Part shown: one piece after another, positions 52,109 through 64,000 of the stretch | Layout of the letters: each line of letters starts with the position of its first letter | Numbering within the stretch: position 1 is the stretch's first letter | Assembly (NCBI GenBank): GCA_050084985.1 | Contig: JBITNC010000002.1 | Coordinates: 16,802,001-16,866,000, forward strand | Direction: 5' to 3' | Origin: Nageia nagi | Taxonomy: Eukaryota > Plantae > Pinophyta | DNA length: 64,000 bases | Translations under genes and position numbers: made by a program | Notes under the pieces: model-generated | Databases searched by the model: none | The model's input: only the letters and a program-made list of their open reading frames with translations | Told to the model about the DNA's origin: nothing

Positions 52109-52827
52109 GTTTAAATTCTTGTGTTGAATTCATATTTATGATGACAAATTCACCCTTAGGAGGATTTTGTGATGTATAGTGTTGATTTAGTTATACACCT
52201 TTATGGTAAGTTCACTCTACGTGAGGAACTTGTACAAATTTTTTAAAAAGCAAAAAGATAGGCCAATCTAGCATTGTTCAATTATTCATGTGTGAGGAAC
52301 TCTTATGCATATTTTAACACTATTTAGCTATTCATACGTGAGAAAATCATATGTACATGCTCTATTTTGTAATGTTAATCAACACATGTTTTATATATAA
52401 CAGGTGACTATGAGTTTTGGCATGGCATCTTCGTGATGACTTATAGTGCACCATTGATCAGTTCATGATGGCATTTGTGTGATTCATCTATCTTAGTTGA
52501 TATGAATATGTTGCATCTAATTGATCTTATTATTTGAGTTGCTTATGACTTGCAGGTTCCTTTGAGATTGTAGGTTACTTACTTCAAGTATGCAAGCTCT
52601 TAGAGACTCTTCATGACTTCTAGTTGGATGACTACTTCGTTACATTAAAATCGATTATGGTTAATGATTGTATTTGGCCAAGTGGTGAGTCTCAAACTAG
52701 TTCTTTCTTATATCAAAAATATGTAAAAATTTCTCATCTTCGTTGTATCTATTTGGATGAGAACTCTCTTACTTTCTCTCTTTCTTCTCTCTTATTCCCT
52801 CTATCCTAGTATTACATTAAGGTAGAG

Positions 52828-53326
52828 TGTTGGAATGTATAATGCATTATTGTAAAGGTTATGTAATAATATTCTATGTAAGTTCACTAATACTTAAGGG
52901 TATCATTTGATACCTTAAGTATTTAAGTGAATATGATAACGTAACTTGTCCTACACTCCATGTCATGAGCATGCCCCTTGGGTAAAAGGATGTGCATGTC
53001 ATGCTTTTGTACATTGGATAAAAGGGTGATCCAAAGAGGAATTTTGGCCTATAAATAGAATGCTCCCTCTTTGTGATCACACACCAATTTATGGAGTAAA
53101 GTTATGCTATAGGATAGTGTTTAGGAGAATAGTGTAGGAGGATTGTAAGAGTTCATATATGTTAAGAAGAGAGATCTAGTTAGTGGATGTACTCCTAGTT
53201 GAAGGAACCACTTACATCTTGTGTTATCTTTGTCAGATTGCTTTGTGTGTCTATTAGATGTGTATTGTGAGCTTTCATGTGATCTTGGGAGTTTAGAGTT
53301 GTTCATGTTATAGTTCAATTCTCTCA
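52828..53326 (+). repeat. copia B 3' LTR
   Basis: Follows the degenerate PPT TAAGGTAGAG; TG...CA; TSD follows. Confidence 0.95.
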
Positions 53327-53331
53327 CATAT

Positions 53332-55660
53332 ACTCCATAAAAAAATGAAGTAGTTGAAAGAAAAAATAGAACTCTCATGAAGACGCTAAGATGTTTATTG
53401 CAAATAAAATAATTGCATAATATGTATTGGGATGAAGCAATAAGAATATCCAATTATATTTTGAATAAATTCTCCATTAACATAGTGGAAGGAAATATAC
53501 CATTTAAAACTTGGTATGAGAAGAACCAAGTGTAGCATTTCAAAGTTTTTGGTTGCTTGGCATATGCACATGTGCCAAAGGAAAATAGAAAAAAATGGAT
53601 GCAAAGAGTGAACCATATGTATTCATTGGATATAGTGAAGAAAGTAAAGCATATAGGCTTTATAATCTCAAAAATAGAAAGATAATTATGTCTAGGGATG
53701 TAATTTTTAAGGAGGGAAAAGTCTATGGTGACTGTTGGAGGAGGAGTGCCCAACCAAGAAAATACTTCAAATTTGAAGAATAATTAGCCCAAGAGATATA
53801 GTTCTCTTCCCAATCTTCAAACTGTGTCTCCAATAAGTCCTCCATCAAGCCCCTCCAACAACTCCAAGTCCACTCCAACTTCTCCTTCAAGTGGAAATTA
53901 TCCTAATGTGATTGCTGAAGTAATGAAGACAAAATAGGTAAGAAGCATTTTAAAAAACCATACTTCTTCTCAATTTTCAGATCCAAATTTTTGTTTAAGG
54001 CTTACTAGAATTCAATTTCATGAAATGGAGAAATTTGTCAAGTAATTTGATGATTTGCAAGTGGATGGAGGTTCAAATGATGTTCAACCGAAAGGGAAGG
54101 TGGTTAATTATGCATTATGTGTAGCTCAAATAGTTTTTTTTATTATTTTGATCCATCTTGTGATGAGAAAGCTTTTAACAAAAATGTGTGGTTGAAGGCC
54201 ATGCAAGACGAGCTTCACTCAATTAAAAAAAATGATACTTGGGAACTTTATGAGTTTCCCAAAGGAAAGAGATGTGTAGGTTCCAAGTCAGTTTACAAAA
54301 CAAAATATAACAGTGATGGGATAATTGAGAGGCACAAAGTAAGGTTGGTTGCCAAGGGGTTCACACAAAAATATGGAGTTGATTATAAGGAGACTTTGGC
54401 CCTGGTTCCAAGGCAATAAATAATAAGAATGCTTCTTTCATTAGTAGCCCAAAAGTATTGGAATGTACACCACATAGATGTAAAAAGTGCATTCTTGAAT
54501 GGTTATTTGGATGAAAAGGTTTATGTTTAATAACTTCAAGGATTTCAAGTGCAAGGAAAAGAGAAGCATGTGTACAAGCTCAAGAAGGCCATGCATGGCC
54601 TCAAGCAAGCTCCAAGAGCTTGGTACACCTAGATTGATTAAAGGTTTGGGCTCATAAGAAGCAAAAATGAGCCAAAACTCTACATCAAGAGAGAAGGTAA
54701 TCATATCTTGCTTGTTTCTCTTTATGTTGATGATTTTATTTAAATGGGAAGTGATTCCATCATGAATGAAAAGTTCAAGATTGATTTGATGCATGAGTTT
54801 GATATGAAGGATCTAGGGCTTATGAAGTACTATTTTGGCATGGAGGTCCGCCAATTTCAAGATTAGATTTTTATTTCCCAAAGAAAGTATGCAAAATACA
54901 TGCTAAAAAAATATAACATGAACAATTGTAACTATGTTTTTACTCTAGTAGCTCATGGAGAGTTACTTTGCAAAGATGACGATGCTTCAAAAGAAAAAGA
55001 GTTTAGGATTATTGTAGGTAGCCTTATGTTTCTTTTCAATATTAGGTCTAATATATAATTTTCTATCTCAATGGTGGCTAGATATATGAATGATCCTTCA
55101 ATTTTTCACATGAAGGTTGCAAAATGAATTTTAAAACATGTAAAAGAAACCATCAATTTTGGTATCCATTATTATCAATGGAGAAAATGGAACTTGTAGG
55201 CTACAATGATAATGATTGGGGTAACAATCTTGATGATAAGAAATCAACTTTTAGGCAATGTTTCTCACTTGGTTTAGATCTGATTACATGGAGCTCTAAG
55301 AAGCAATCTATAATATCACTTTCCTCTTGTGAAGTAAAGTATATTTCTCTTACAACAATGAGCACTTAAGCATTTTGGTTAAATAAATTACTTTCAAAGA
55401 TAGATGAGAAACAACACGGACCAACCATTCTTTACCATGATAATAAAAGTGCCTTTTAGTTGGCACATAATCCCATCCACCAATATAGTAGGTCAAAGCA
55501 CTTTCAATTGAAGTATCATTTATTCTGTGACATGGCGGAAAAGAAATAAATTGAGCTTCAATATTATAATACCAAGATCAATTTTCTTAATATATTCACT
55601 AAAGGTATTGCTAAAGCTTAATATATGATGTTCAAAGACTCCATGGTGATCCCTCTTCAC
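53332..55660 (+). pseudogene. copia C integrase C-half, RT and RNase H
   Basis: ERKNRTL, FIGYSEESKAYRLY, AMQDELHSIKKNDTWEL, LYVDD, WSSKKQSIISLSSCEVKY, IFTKG. Confidence 0.9.
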
Positions 55661-55668
55661 ATCAAGGG

Positions 55669-56649
55669 TGTAGACACCTAAAAATCATTTGTTCATCTAA
55701 CTTAGGTGATTTATGAAGATTTAGTCTATCTTGTAGCTCATCATTATCACATAAGCCTTTCATATCATTTCCAACCCCATTCGCATGGTTGATTTTTGGT
55801 AACTTACCCTTTTGTTACCACATAGTCAACTTGAACCCTAATTAGCCCATTGGTTAGGTTAAAACCCTAACTAGCCCACCGATTAGTCACATATAAAAGT
55901 CAATTCAAAATCAACTTTTCCTACATAATCATTTGCTTTTGCAAAATAGATATTCATGAGCTTCTGTAGTCATGCATATTGTAAATTGTGTACTTGAACC
56001 TTTTAGCTACAAACCTTCCACTTTGAGCTACATCCACCATTCTAAGGCACTTAGAAAGGCTAATAGTGTCTTCATATTGCAAGGGACATTGGGTAACTCT
56101 TGCAGATTTGGTTTTTATGGTACTAATCCCTATTTTAGGTGTTTTTGCAAGTTTGAGAGAACATCTATGATCATACATCATATATCATTTTAGGTACATC
56201 ATTATTATATTGGTACATGGTTGCATAGTAGCTTCTTCTAGGCTAGTCTCTTATAGACGTAGGCTAGAATAGGTTGTTTTAGTTTCTATCCTTAGTTTAT
56301 CCATTTTAGTCTTAGGTTAGCTTGCATTTTATGCATTGTGCTATCTTCTAATGCCTTATTAATTCAAGGTTTGGAGGCTTACAAGCTATCTAGCTATCTT
56401 TGCATGCTTATATGGTCTTAAGGAACTAGAACTTAGAAGTCTCCTCTTATTCCTTGTTTTGTAGGTTATATGGAGTCTTAGGTATTGTATTTAAAAGGAA
56501 AAATTCTAAACCTACATATATTTCATTTTATCATCATTATCTAATCATGTTTCAAGCAATATTTTAGATATTGCAACATCAGTATCTCCAAAAGAGAGAG
56601 GCCTCGAGTGTGGGGGTCTCAATAGATTTCACCTTTTTGGAGCCTTACA
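55669..56649. mobile_element. Solo LTR (981 bp) inserted into the PPT of copia C; TSD AAGGG
   Basis: TGTAGACACC...GCCTTACA termini; perfect 5-bp TSD AAGGG at 55664-55668 and 56650-56654; TATA-like CATATAAAAG at ~55890; no coding motifs. Confidence 0.88.
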
Positions 56650-56660
56650 AAGGGAGACAA

Positions 56661-57230
56661 TGTTGGAGAGGCCTTCAAAACAACCTTAAACTTTAATTTT
56701 TTACCTCTCCAAACTAAATTGGCCAACTACATACTGAATGAATCTAATTAACATCTACCTAACTGATCCCTAAATTAGCTAACTAGTCTACCTCAAATTG
56801 GTTAAATGCTAATTGGTTGCCATATGATCGGTTCGATTTGGCTAATCAGCCTATAACCTACCAGTTAGGCCTAGAAGAGAGTTACCTTAGTAACTTCAAT
56901 TATTAAAGGCATTTTAACTTAGATTTTGCTTTCTTCCAAGTGTCTTAGATTCCTATTTTCATAGCTAAATGTAGAGAGTTATTCTTTCAGTTTCTTGGGT
57001 TTTCAAGCCTTGTAAATGTATCCAAATTGGCTTCTTCAGTTTTGTATGCTGATTATTTTTGCTCTTCAATTTCAATAGTGTATGAAGCTTCAAGATTCAA
57101 CTTCATCGAAGTAATTTCATTTTTCTCAGTAATAGAATATTTATATATTTTAGTTCCTTCATTTGTTCTTCTATTATATTGCTCCATTATTTACAATATT
57201 AAGTTTATTTGAATCCTCTTGGGTTATTCA
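56661..57230 (+). repeat. copia C 3' LTR
   Basis: TGTTGGAG...TATTCA; colinear with the 5' LTR. Confidence 0.88.
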
Positions 57231-57299
57231 AATTCCTATTGAGAAAAAACATCTTCAAGAAGAAAATATAACATAAAGCTAAAAATTAAAAAATAAACA

Positions 57300-60200
57300 A
57301 TCATGGATGCAAGTTATTGCTAGAAATGAGGGTCCCCCCATCGTGTGTAATCTATACCAAATTTGAACAAGAAAAACATCAACCTACTAAGGTCCTTAAC
57401 CTTCATGTTCATGGAATTCCTAAAATTTAATTTCAAATCCACTTTTAGTAGAGAAATCTTTCATTTAAAGTACTCTCAGGTTGATGGACATCACATTAGA
57501 GAAAGAATGGATCTTTCCTAACTCTGCATTATTTATACACTCTAAGAATGTTGATGAGCATATGTAAGCTTTAAGGACCAAGAGGAAATGTTTTGGTCTC
57601 TAAAGTAGGATCTTTCTTGATGAAGATATTACATGCTAATAGGTAGAGAAGTTACATAAAGTTAAAAATTAGGTGGCATGAGGTAGGTAAGCTAACAAAT
57701 GGGTAGTACTCATAAACCTACATGTAATCATTAAGGAGTCCTCTACCCCTAGGGGGTCGAAGTCCTTACCTCCGAAATGACTATTTCAACATGAAAAGGA
57801 GGGACATAAGGAGATTTCCATAGGTTGTTAGAATTGTAAAAGTATTAGGAGGAGTTGTTGCACTTATTTAGGATAGGCTTCAAGGATCTATGACTCTAAT
57901 CTCATTAAATACCTACTCCAAATTCATGTGGATTAAATTCTAGTATCTTTTAATACTTTTAGATATATTAATTACCATATGTTATTTCCCTTTAACTACA
58001 TCAAAATTTTCTATACAAATTTATGGGCGCCCCCACCAAGACCTTTATGAGGACATCATTAGGGACTCTACTATAGGGGAGGTGTTATTGTTGGTAGATT
58101 TCAATCTTCAAATTGTATCTATGTAGTTTTTCTCCATGATATTATAGAGGATGAGATGTAGACTTATGAATTAGATCTTGAGGATATTTCCTTTGTTTGA
58201 ACATTCATTAACACTTGTGTTACTATTTATGGAAAGCATATTTTGGAATTAGGAGTATCCAATTGATTTATAATTCTCAATGGACTATATTATTTCCCTA
58301 CATCTAAATGGATTACTTATTTTCTTCATAATGATAGAGCTAGTACCATGGAATATGCTTTTCTTTACATACATTTCTCATTTCATTATCTTTGATCACC
58401 CTCCCCACTCATTGATTATTTTGTTCTCTCTCTTTTACCATTATTGGTACCACACCTCCTATCCCAACATCTTATTTCTCCATTCTCATCCCTCATATTT
58501 TTATTGAATTTGATTATAGTTGCTCTATTGCTTATATGGATCACTTGTGTTAGATTCTACCTAGGGTATCATCTTTACCTTTTATTATTAAATATTTAAC
58601 CTTCTTAATTTGGAAAGCCATGTTGGACTCTTATCCCCACATTATTCACACCCCTCCTTGCCCACATCCCCCTGGTCATTATCTCTTGAACTTCTAATAT
58701 GATAAGAACTATAAATACACCTATCAAATGTTAAAACACACCATTTAATATTGTTCCTATATTGCATCCACCTCCCATGGAGCCTATATGTTTCTCCTTT
58801 ATAATAAGAAATATCTATTTCTATCTCAATGTAAGCTAAATATCATTCATTCCCTCTACCACTCCCCTAAATCCTCTTGGTGCCTCATCCTCCCCAAAGA
58901 GTAAGCCAACCATGGGATCAATCTTTCCAAGTAGACCACCCATATCTCCTCCCTCTATACCATCCCTAATCAACCTCTTATTAGGATTCCTTAACTCCTC
59001 CTTCTTGCCATATTTTACCTACTAAACTTGTCAAGAACGCTATTAGAAAACTTTACATAGATAAAGTAGCTATTAGAATTTGTAATGTAATTTGCAGAAT
59101 TAATGTTTACCTCTATGTAGCCAATTAAACACTTAGAGTATCACTATATACCTTTAAGTGTTTAATGAATATTATATTGTAGAACCTTAACCTTACCCTT
59201 GAGTAAAAGGGAGGTTAAGGTGCGGATTTTATCCTATAAATAAAGGGCCTCCTCTCTTGTAAATCACACAAGTTTTAGGAGCAATGTTATGCTCAAGGAA
59301 TGGTTGTAGGAGAAGTAGGATTGTAGATTGTAATAAAGTGCATGTACTCCCAAGGAGGGAGAAACCACTTTATATTATGTCTCTTGTTCTATGTGAGATT
59401 GGTTTATGATTCATGCTATTGTGTTGATGTTATAGTTCTTTAAGATATCTTGGTAGTTTAGCATTTACTCTTATAGGATTAGATCTTACAGTAGTAGATA
59501 AGGATGGGTTATTTTTAGAATTTTTAATGTATGACATCGAATTACTTATTATGTCCCTTGTTGATCTCTTCAACCTCATTATTTATTCAAGTTTTCCTAA
59601 CTCATGGACTCAACATATCATCCACACCATCCATAAGATAGGGTACCTACATGAACCCAATAACTACATGAACATCATGATTAGATGTGTATTTACTAAT
59701 CTTCATTCCAAAGCATTGGATGTGCTTCTTTCTCATAAGCTATAGGAGGAGGTCCATGGGCTAAGCTAGTTTTCAACAAGACACTAAACCAATCATATAC
59801 TAGTCCTTGAGGCCATTATAGAGGAGGCACATTCTAGGTTCTTTAGAGTCTATTATTTTTGTTAATTTTAAGAAATATTTTAACATAGTGCCTTGGCATA
59901 TACTAATTGAGAGACTTCAATCAATTGGCATCTCTAGATAATTTTTTACAACAATATCAAGATTGTATGAAATATTGATAAGATGATTTTTCTCTCCAAA
60001 AGGCCTTTCAAAGAGCATTTTAAGTGCCATAGGAGTGAAACAAGGTTATTCTCATTTTTTGACACTCTTTGGTATCTTCATAAATTAGCTTAAGTCATTT
60101 ATTTTTGAACACACACATGTAGGGGACACTTTCCTACTTTATCATTTGCTTATTTCCATCCTCCTCTTGTTTGGTTATGCTATCCTTATAGCCTTGACCC

Positions 60201-60540
60201 ATGAGGAGCTTTAGCATTAACTGGATGTCTTAGTGATTTCCTATACTTTAAGATAACTAACATTAAATCTCTATAAGATGAAGGTTATGGTGTTCAATAA
60301 TACCAAGAAGGTTATATTCCATTTCCACTTCCATATTCAAGGGAAAGAGGTGGAGATAATCACATCATACATAAACTTGGGGGTTCTCTTCATTAAACCC
60401 ACATTTGGGATGAAGCCCAATGCCTTAACCAATATTTCTAAGGGCTATACAATCCTTTCGTTACTTAAGAGAAGTTTTTTTAGAGCATATTTCTAGGATA
60501 TTCTAATGAATATTAAGATCTTTGAAGCTTAGAGTATCTC
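57300..60540 (+). mobile_element. Highly decayed non-L1 LINE (RTE/RTEX-like): AP endonuclease + RT
   Basis: LVDFN (GDFN-like) at ~58090; after removing the solo LTR it reads KV.DKDGLFLEFL...LVDLFNLIIYSSFPNSWTQHIIHTIHKIG...PNNYMNIMI; also GVKQG..S.TLF, KMKVMVF and YINLGVLF. The ends are approximate. Confidence 0.72.
59071..59490 (+). mobile_element. Solo LTR (420 bp) related to the copia A/B family, inserted in the LINE RT; TSD GTAGC/GTAGT
   Basis: TA(TG)TTAGAA...CTTACA; near-perfect TSD at 59066-59070 and 59491-59495; shares the U3 hairpin, CCCTTGRGTAAAAGG, CCTATAAAT and GTACTC..AACCACT blocks with the A/B LTRs. Confidence 0.85.
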
Positions 60541-62149
60541 TCACTAACTTGATGTTGAGTTAGATAATTGTAACCTACTATAGGTGAAGCAGAACTACTT
60601 ATTTTATTCTTTAGGAGAATTAAAAACCTTGTAGCACTTTATCCTTCACTATCCCATATACTATAAAATAATAGGAAAATTCCATTATCTTTTTAGGGGT
60701 GAGTGAGAATCTCTATCCATCTTTTTTGTTATCCATATCAGGAATATCTTGTACTTCACATCAAAGAGGTAATTCATTTTTATTGATAAAGGATCTCTCC
60801 TCTAGTAGCTCTTGTCCCCCACACTCTTAAATCATCACAACCTATTTTATCAGCTCAAATAGATTGGGATAATGTTAGATAAAAATATCAAATTTCAAAC
60901 CGTCTAGACAGAGGCAAGATCACTCCATAGTTCCTTGAGGTTTAAGATCAATGATGGGAAATGATAGATCATCCATTTCTTCAGCAAAGATTCTTTGACC
61001 TTGAACATTAGTAGATACTAACCTTCTTCTCCTAGAGAAAAATACACATGCTCCTCTCTTCTTCTTTATATTATCTTTGATCCATTTCTTGGGTCATGAT
61101 ATTGTACTTATCTTTATTTGTTTATTACATTATGTATTATGGCCCACTTTCTTATTATTCTTGTTGTATAATTTTTTTTTATAGTTCTTTGGGTTATCTT
61201 TAATGCATTGTAGAAATTAATAATATTTCATTTCATTTCTAATAAAACCCTAGAAGACCATGGAAAGTTCTCTTAATGCTCTCACTCTCTTTCCATGTCT
61301 AATGTTTTTGAATGCAAAGATTTATATTAAAGTATAAAGGCCTAATCATATAAAATGTGGGTGAATATATCACACCTTAAACGCCAACACTTTAACCAAT
61401 GAACATTAAAACAATTTTTAATGAGAAGAATCAACCATGCATATTTTCTAGTGTTGTAGTAAGGCCTGAAAGGCTTGGGAATGGATGGAGTCTTTTTCTA
61501 GACCATTTTTGCATCATCAATTAAGCTAGTTCTATGATATTTTAAGAGAATCCATTAAGCTAGTTCCATAGTATTTTAGGAGATCTTTATTTTTCTCAAT
61601 CTCTTGAAGAATTTTTGAATATGTTAAGAATCAAAATTTTGTTTCATATCTAAAAAGATAGAAACATACAATTTTTTAGAAAATATCTTAGGGTCTAATT
61701 TTGACTTTTATACTCCCACAATAAAATCATAAAAATTATTTTTAAAAAAATAAGATATAAATTTAAAAACTAATATATTGAAAAATAAAATCATTGAAAA
61801 ATTCATATATCCACTTAAATAATTATAATAATAACTATTCTCAAACTAGTACACCATTTTCAAATAAAACTATAACAAATCAATATTCTTCATCTTTTAC
61901 ATTATTTTTAATTTTTACCATACTTTTATCATTTATCTCATTCTTTATTATGGACATATGTCCATCCTTTCTTTCACAACTTTATGTATTTGAGGCAACA
62001 ACAATATAAATTATGTTAAAAGATGCGTAGTTGGAAATGAGGAAACTAACACATCTTCACATTTATGTGATGCAAAAATGATCTTTAGAATGTTCCATTA
62101 TACTAATAAAAGGATATTTATTATTTTTTACATATTTTATTTTTATTTT

Positions 62150-63055
62150 TATTGAGTAACCTTTATATTAAATATAGAAACTACATCATACAAAAGGAAA
62201 AGGGTGGACACATCACACCCACGCATCATGCACCAACAACATATATTGATGAGTCATAAACCATTAAAAACACATCATTGAAACATTTAGCGAGAGGAAA
62301 AACACTAACAAAGCATTAACTAAAAAGCATAAAGAGCAATAATAGCTTAAGTCATCAAAGGAGTGCTAGCAAGAGGGGCATGGAGTCTACATTAATAGCC
62401 AGAGGCTCCTCATGGTCATCACTAGTGAGATTAGTCCTTTCCTTAGTATTGGTGGTAGGAGGGGCTATCGTAGGATCATTATGGTTCCAAACATTCGATG
62501 GAATGTACGACCAATGAATCTTATCGAGCATATCACAAAATTCATTCCACTTTCATACCTTTTAAAAGGCAATAGCACTGGGGAGGTTTCCTTGGGAACT
62601 ATGTTCCACCCACTAGCCTTCACATTAATTATTTGCATGGGTTCATTCCATCGACTACCACTACCCTTCCAGGTGCTTCCATAACCATCAACTTGATTCT
62701 CTCAACCATCATGAGTATCCCAAGCATCATTATTAGAGGAGCTCATGTGATCTCCCCAACTTGAGGGTGGGCAAGGGGAAGTTAGGAGAGCCTCTCGATG
62801 ACATGCATAACGTAACAAAGAGGGATACAGAATCCATGCATTATACAAGTGATTCCAAAAAGGTTGAGCTAAGCTCTAATCCCGCTCCTTAGGGGGAGGG
62901 CAATGACGAGGTTGAGAGTGAGAGCATTGCCCCAATTAGAGATTAACTCCATTAGATGGTTGACCTCTAGAATCACTTTGTCCACCTGATCTTTAATCTA
63001 GAACCAAATATCATAAAAAATAACCAATTTGTTAGCTAAAATGAAATAACCATGA
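62150..63055 (-). mobile_element. 5'-truncated 3' end of the L1 family seen at 18890-23530
   Basis: The reverse complement of ~63000-63050 matches 22710-22760 (TTTAGCTAAYAAAT..GTTATTTTYTATGA); T-rich tail complement at ~62135-62170. Confidence 0.6.
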
Positions 63056-63299
63056 TCTTTAGGGTTTTTCATGTTATTTAAATTTTTTTATGATTAGATT
63101 TGAATTTTTTATTTTGTTAAATATTATTATTATTAGGTTTATGTTGAGGAGTTAGAAAGAAGGGATATTGAAATCTTTTTAGAAGGCATAAGTTTAATTT
63201 TTTAAAGTTTGAAAGATCTTGATAAAGTTTTTTATTAAGTTATATTAGGTGTGGATGATATTGAGTGCATGGTTTTAGTGATTTTAATTTTCTTAATAA

Positions 63300-63614
63300 A
63301 AAGATACCTTCAATCATAGCTTTGACTTTGATGGAAGATATATCATGAATTTGACCTTAAAATAAGAGATATCTTCTATCGCAACAATGACTTTAACATA
63401 AGAGATACTTTGACTTCGACGAAAGAGATACCTTCAATAACATATTTGACTATGATGAAAGAGATATTGTGATTTTGACTTTAATGGAAGAGATACATAA
63501 TCACCTTTGACTTTGATATAAAAATATACCTGCAATTGTAGCTTTGACTTTAATGGAACGAGAGACATACCTCAATAACAACTTTGTCTTTGATTAAAGA
63601 GATACCTCTCAATC
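63300..63614. repeat. Irregular minisatellite, core TTTGACTTTRATGGAAGAGATAC (~9 copies)
   Basis: The core recurs with 0-16 nt related linkers; TTGACY at 63322, 63351, 63410, 63446, 63475, 63507 and 63544. Confidence 0.8.
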
Positions 63615-64000
63615 AAATCATATAAGTTGGAGGTAGCCCTAGAATTTGATGTTTACTTAAACATTTATTGATTTATTTTTTAAACATTTTTGACATGAGA
63701 ATTTGTAAGTTTTTTGAAAGTAAAACATCATATTTAATACCTTTTAAAAATATCAAATCGTAATTTTGATGTTCATTTAAAAAAAAAAATTAGATAATAA
63801 AATGTCATATATATATGATCTTAATGTTTTTTAAGTTAATAATGAAGTATATAATAACATAGAAATATTTAATTTATTTAATAATTTAATTTATGAAAGA
63901 AAATAAAAATGTTTTATAATAAAAATTAGAGTTGAAAACTTAATATTTTTAATAATGTTCCATAATTTATATAAGGATACAATTTAACCATCCTTCTATA

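Larger units (their letters stand above)
47066..53326 (+). mobile_element. Ty1/copia element B (family of element A), internally deleted, nested in the integrase of copia C; TSD CATAT
   Basis: 500/499-bp LTRs ~95% identical by eye; perfect TSD CATAT at 47061-47065 and 53327-53331; PBS TGGTATCAGAGC at 47568; gag from 50441; protease VDSGCTNH at ~51370; RT tail/RNase H at 51541-52075. Removing it restores the host motif FTTTYTP*KNEVVERKNRTL. Confidence 0.95.
44724..57230 (+). mobile_element. Ty1/copia LTR retrotransposon C, complete but decayed, host of two nested insertions
   Basis: LTRs 44724-45275 and 56661-57230; TSD ACTTC/AATTC (1 mismatch); PBS TGGTATTAAAGC at 45278; gag ORF 45384-45821 (KLQTLRTEFENLKM); WHLRFGHL; integrase; RT (KVRLVAKGFTQKYGVDYKET, LYVDD) and RNase H to ~55650. 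Confidence 0.92.

Noticed and set aside
60540-61100. Possible minus-strand L1 ORF1 (DUF4283-like) remnant
   Set aside because: Only a vague YLLMFKVKES...LNLKELW resemblance; too decayed to support.
63300-63614. CRISPR-like repeat/spacer array
   Set aside because: Eukaryotic context and no cas genes; the linkers are short, variable in length and related to each other. It is a minisatellite.

Overview
This is AT-rich, CpG-depleted eukaryotic nuclear DNA from a land plant. A large-genome, gymnosperm-like plant is likely, but that is inferred from old nested LTR elements and a long TE-filled intron. One intact gene is visible: a 4-exon SET-domain gene of the SETD9/C5orf35 type (CDS 30096-30125, 38484-38581, 39671-39942, 40343-41157; 404 aa). 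Its first intron is a probable 8.36-kb GC-AG intron carrying a hAT MITE and a decayed hAT transposase. Most of the rest is decayed transposable elements, many with boundaries and target-site duplications (TSDs) readable by eye. These are the 3' half of a Ty1/copia (1-3280); a gag-protease-only Ty3/gypsy (6158-12647) holding a CACTA MITE (9013-10050); L1 LINE copies; a copia (44724-57230) holding a second, internally deleted copia (47066-53326) and a solo LTR inside its PPT (55669-56649); and an RTE/RTEX-like LINE holding a solo LTR (59071-59490). Short LRR-receptor and PPR pseudogene fragments lie at about 24.1 and 26.3 kb. I see no clear-cut novel system. The best leads are a covarying U3 hairpin conserved across diverged LTRs of one copia family, non-autonomous LTR derivatives, a tandem splice acceptor that could switch off the SET domain, a fossil unknown ORF next to a PPT/LTR junction, and a W-box-rich minisatellite. 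All alignments were done by eye and no database searches were run.
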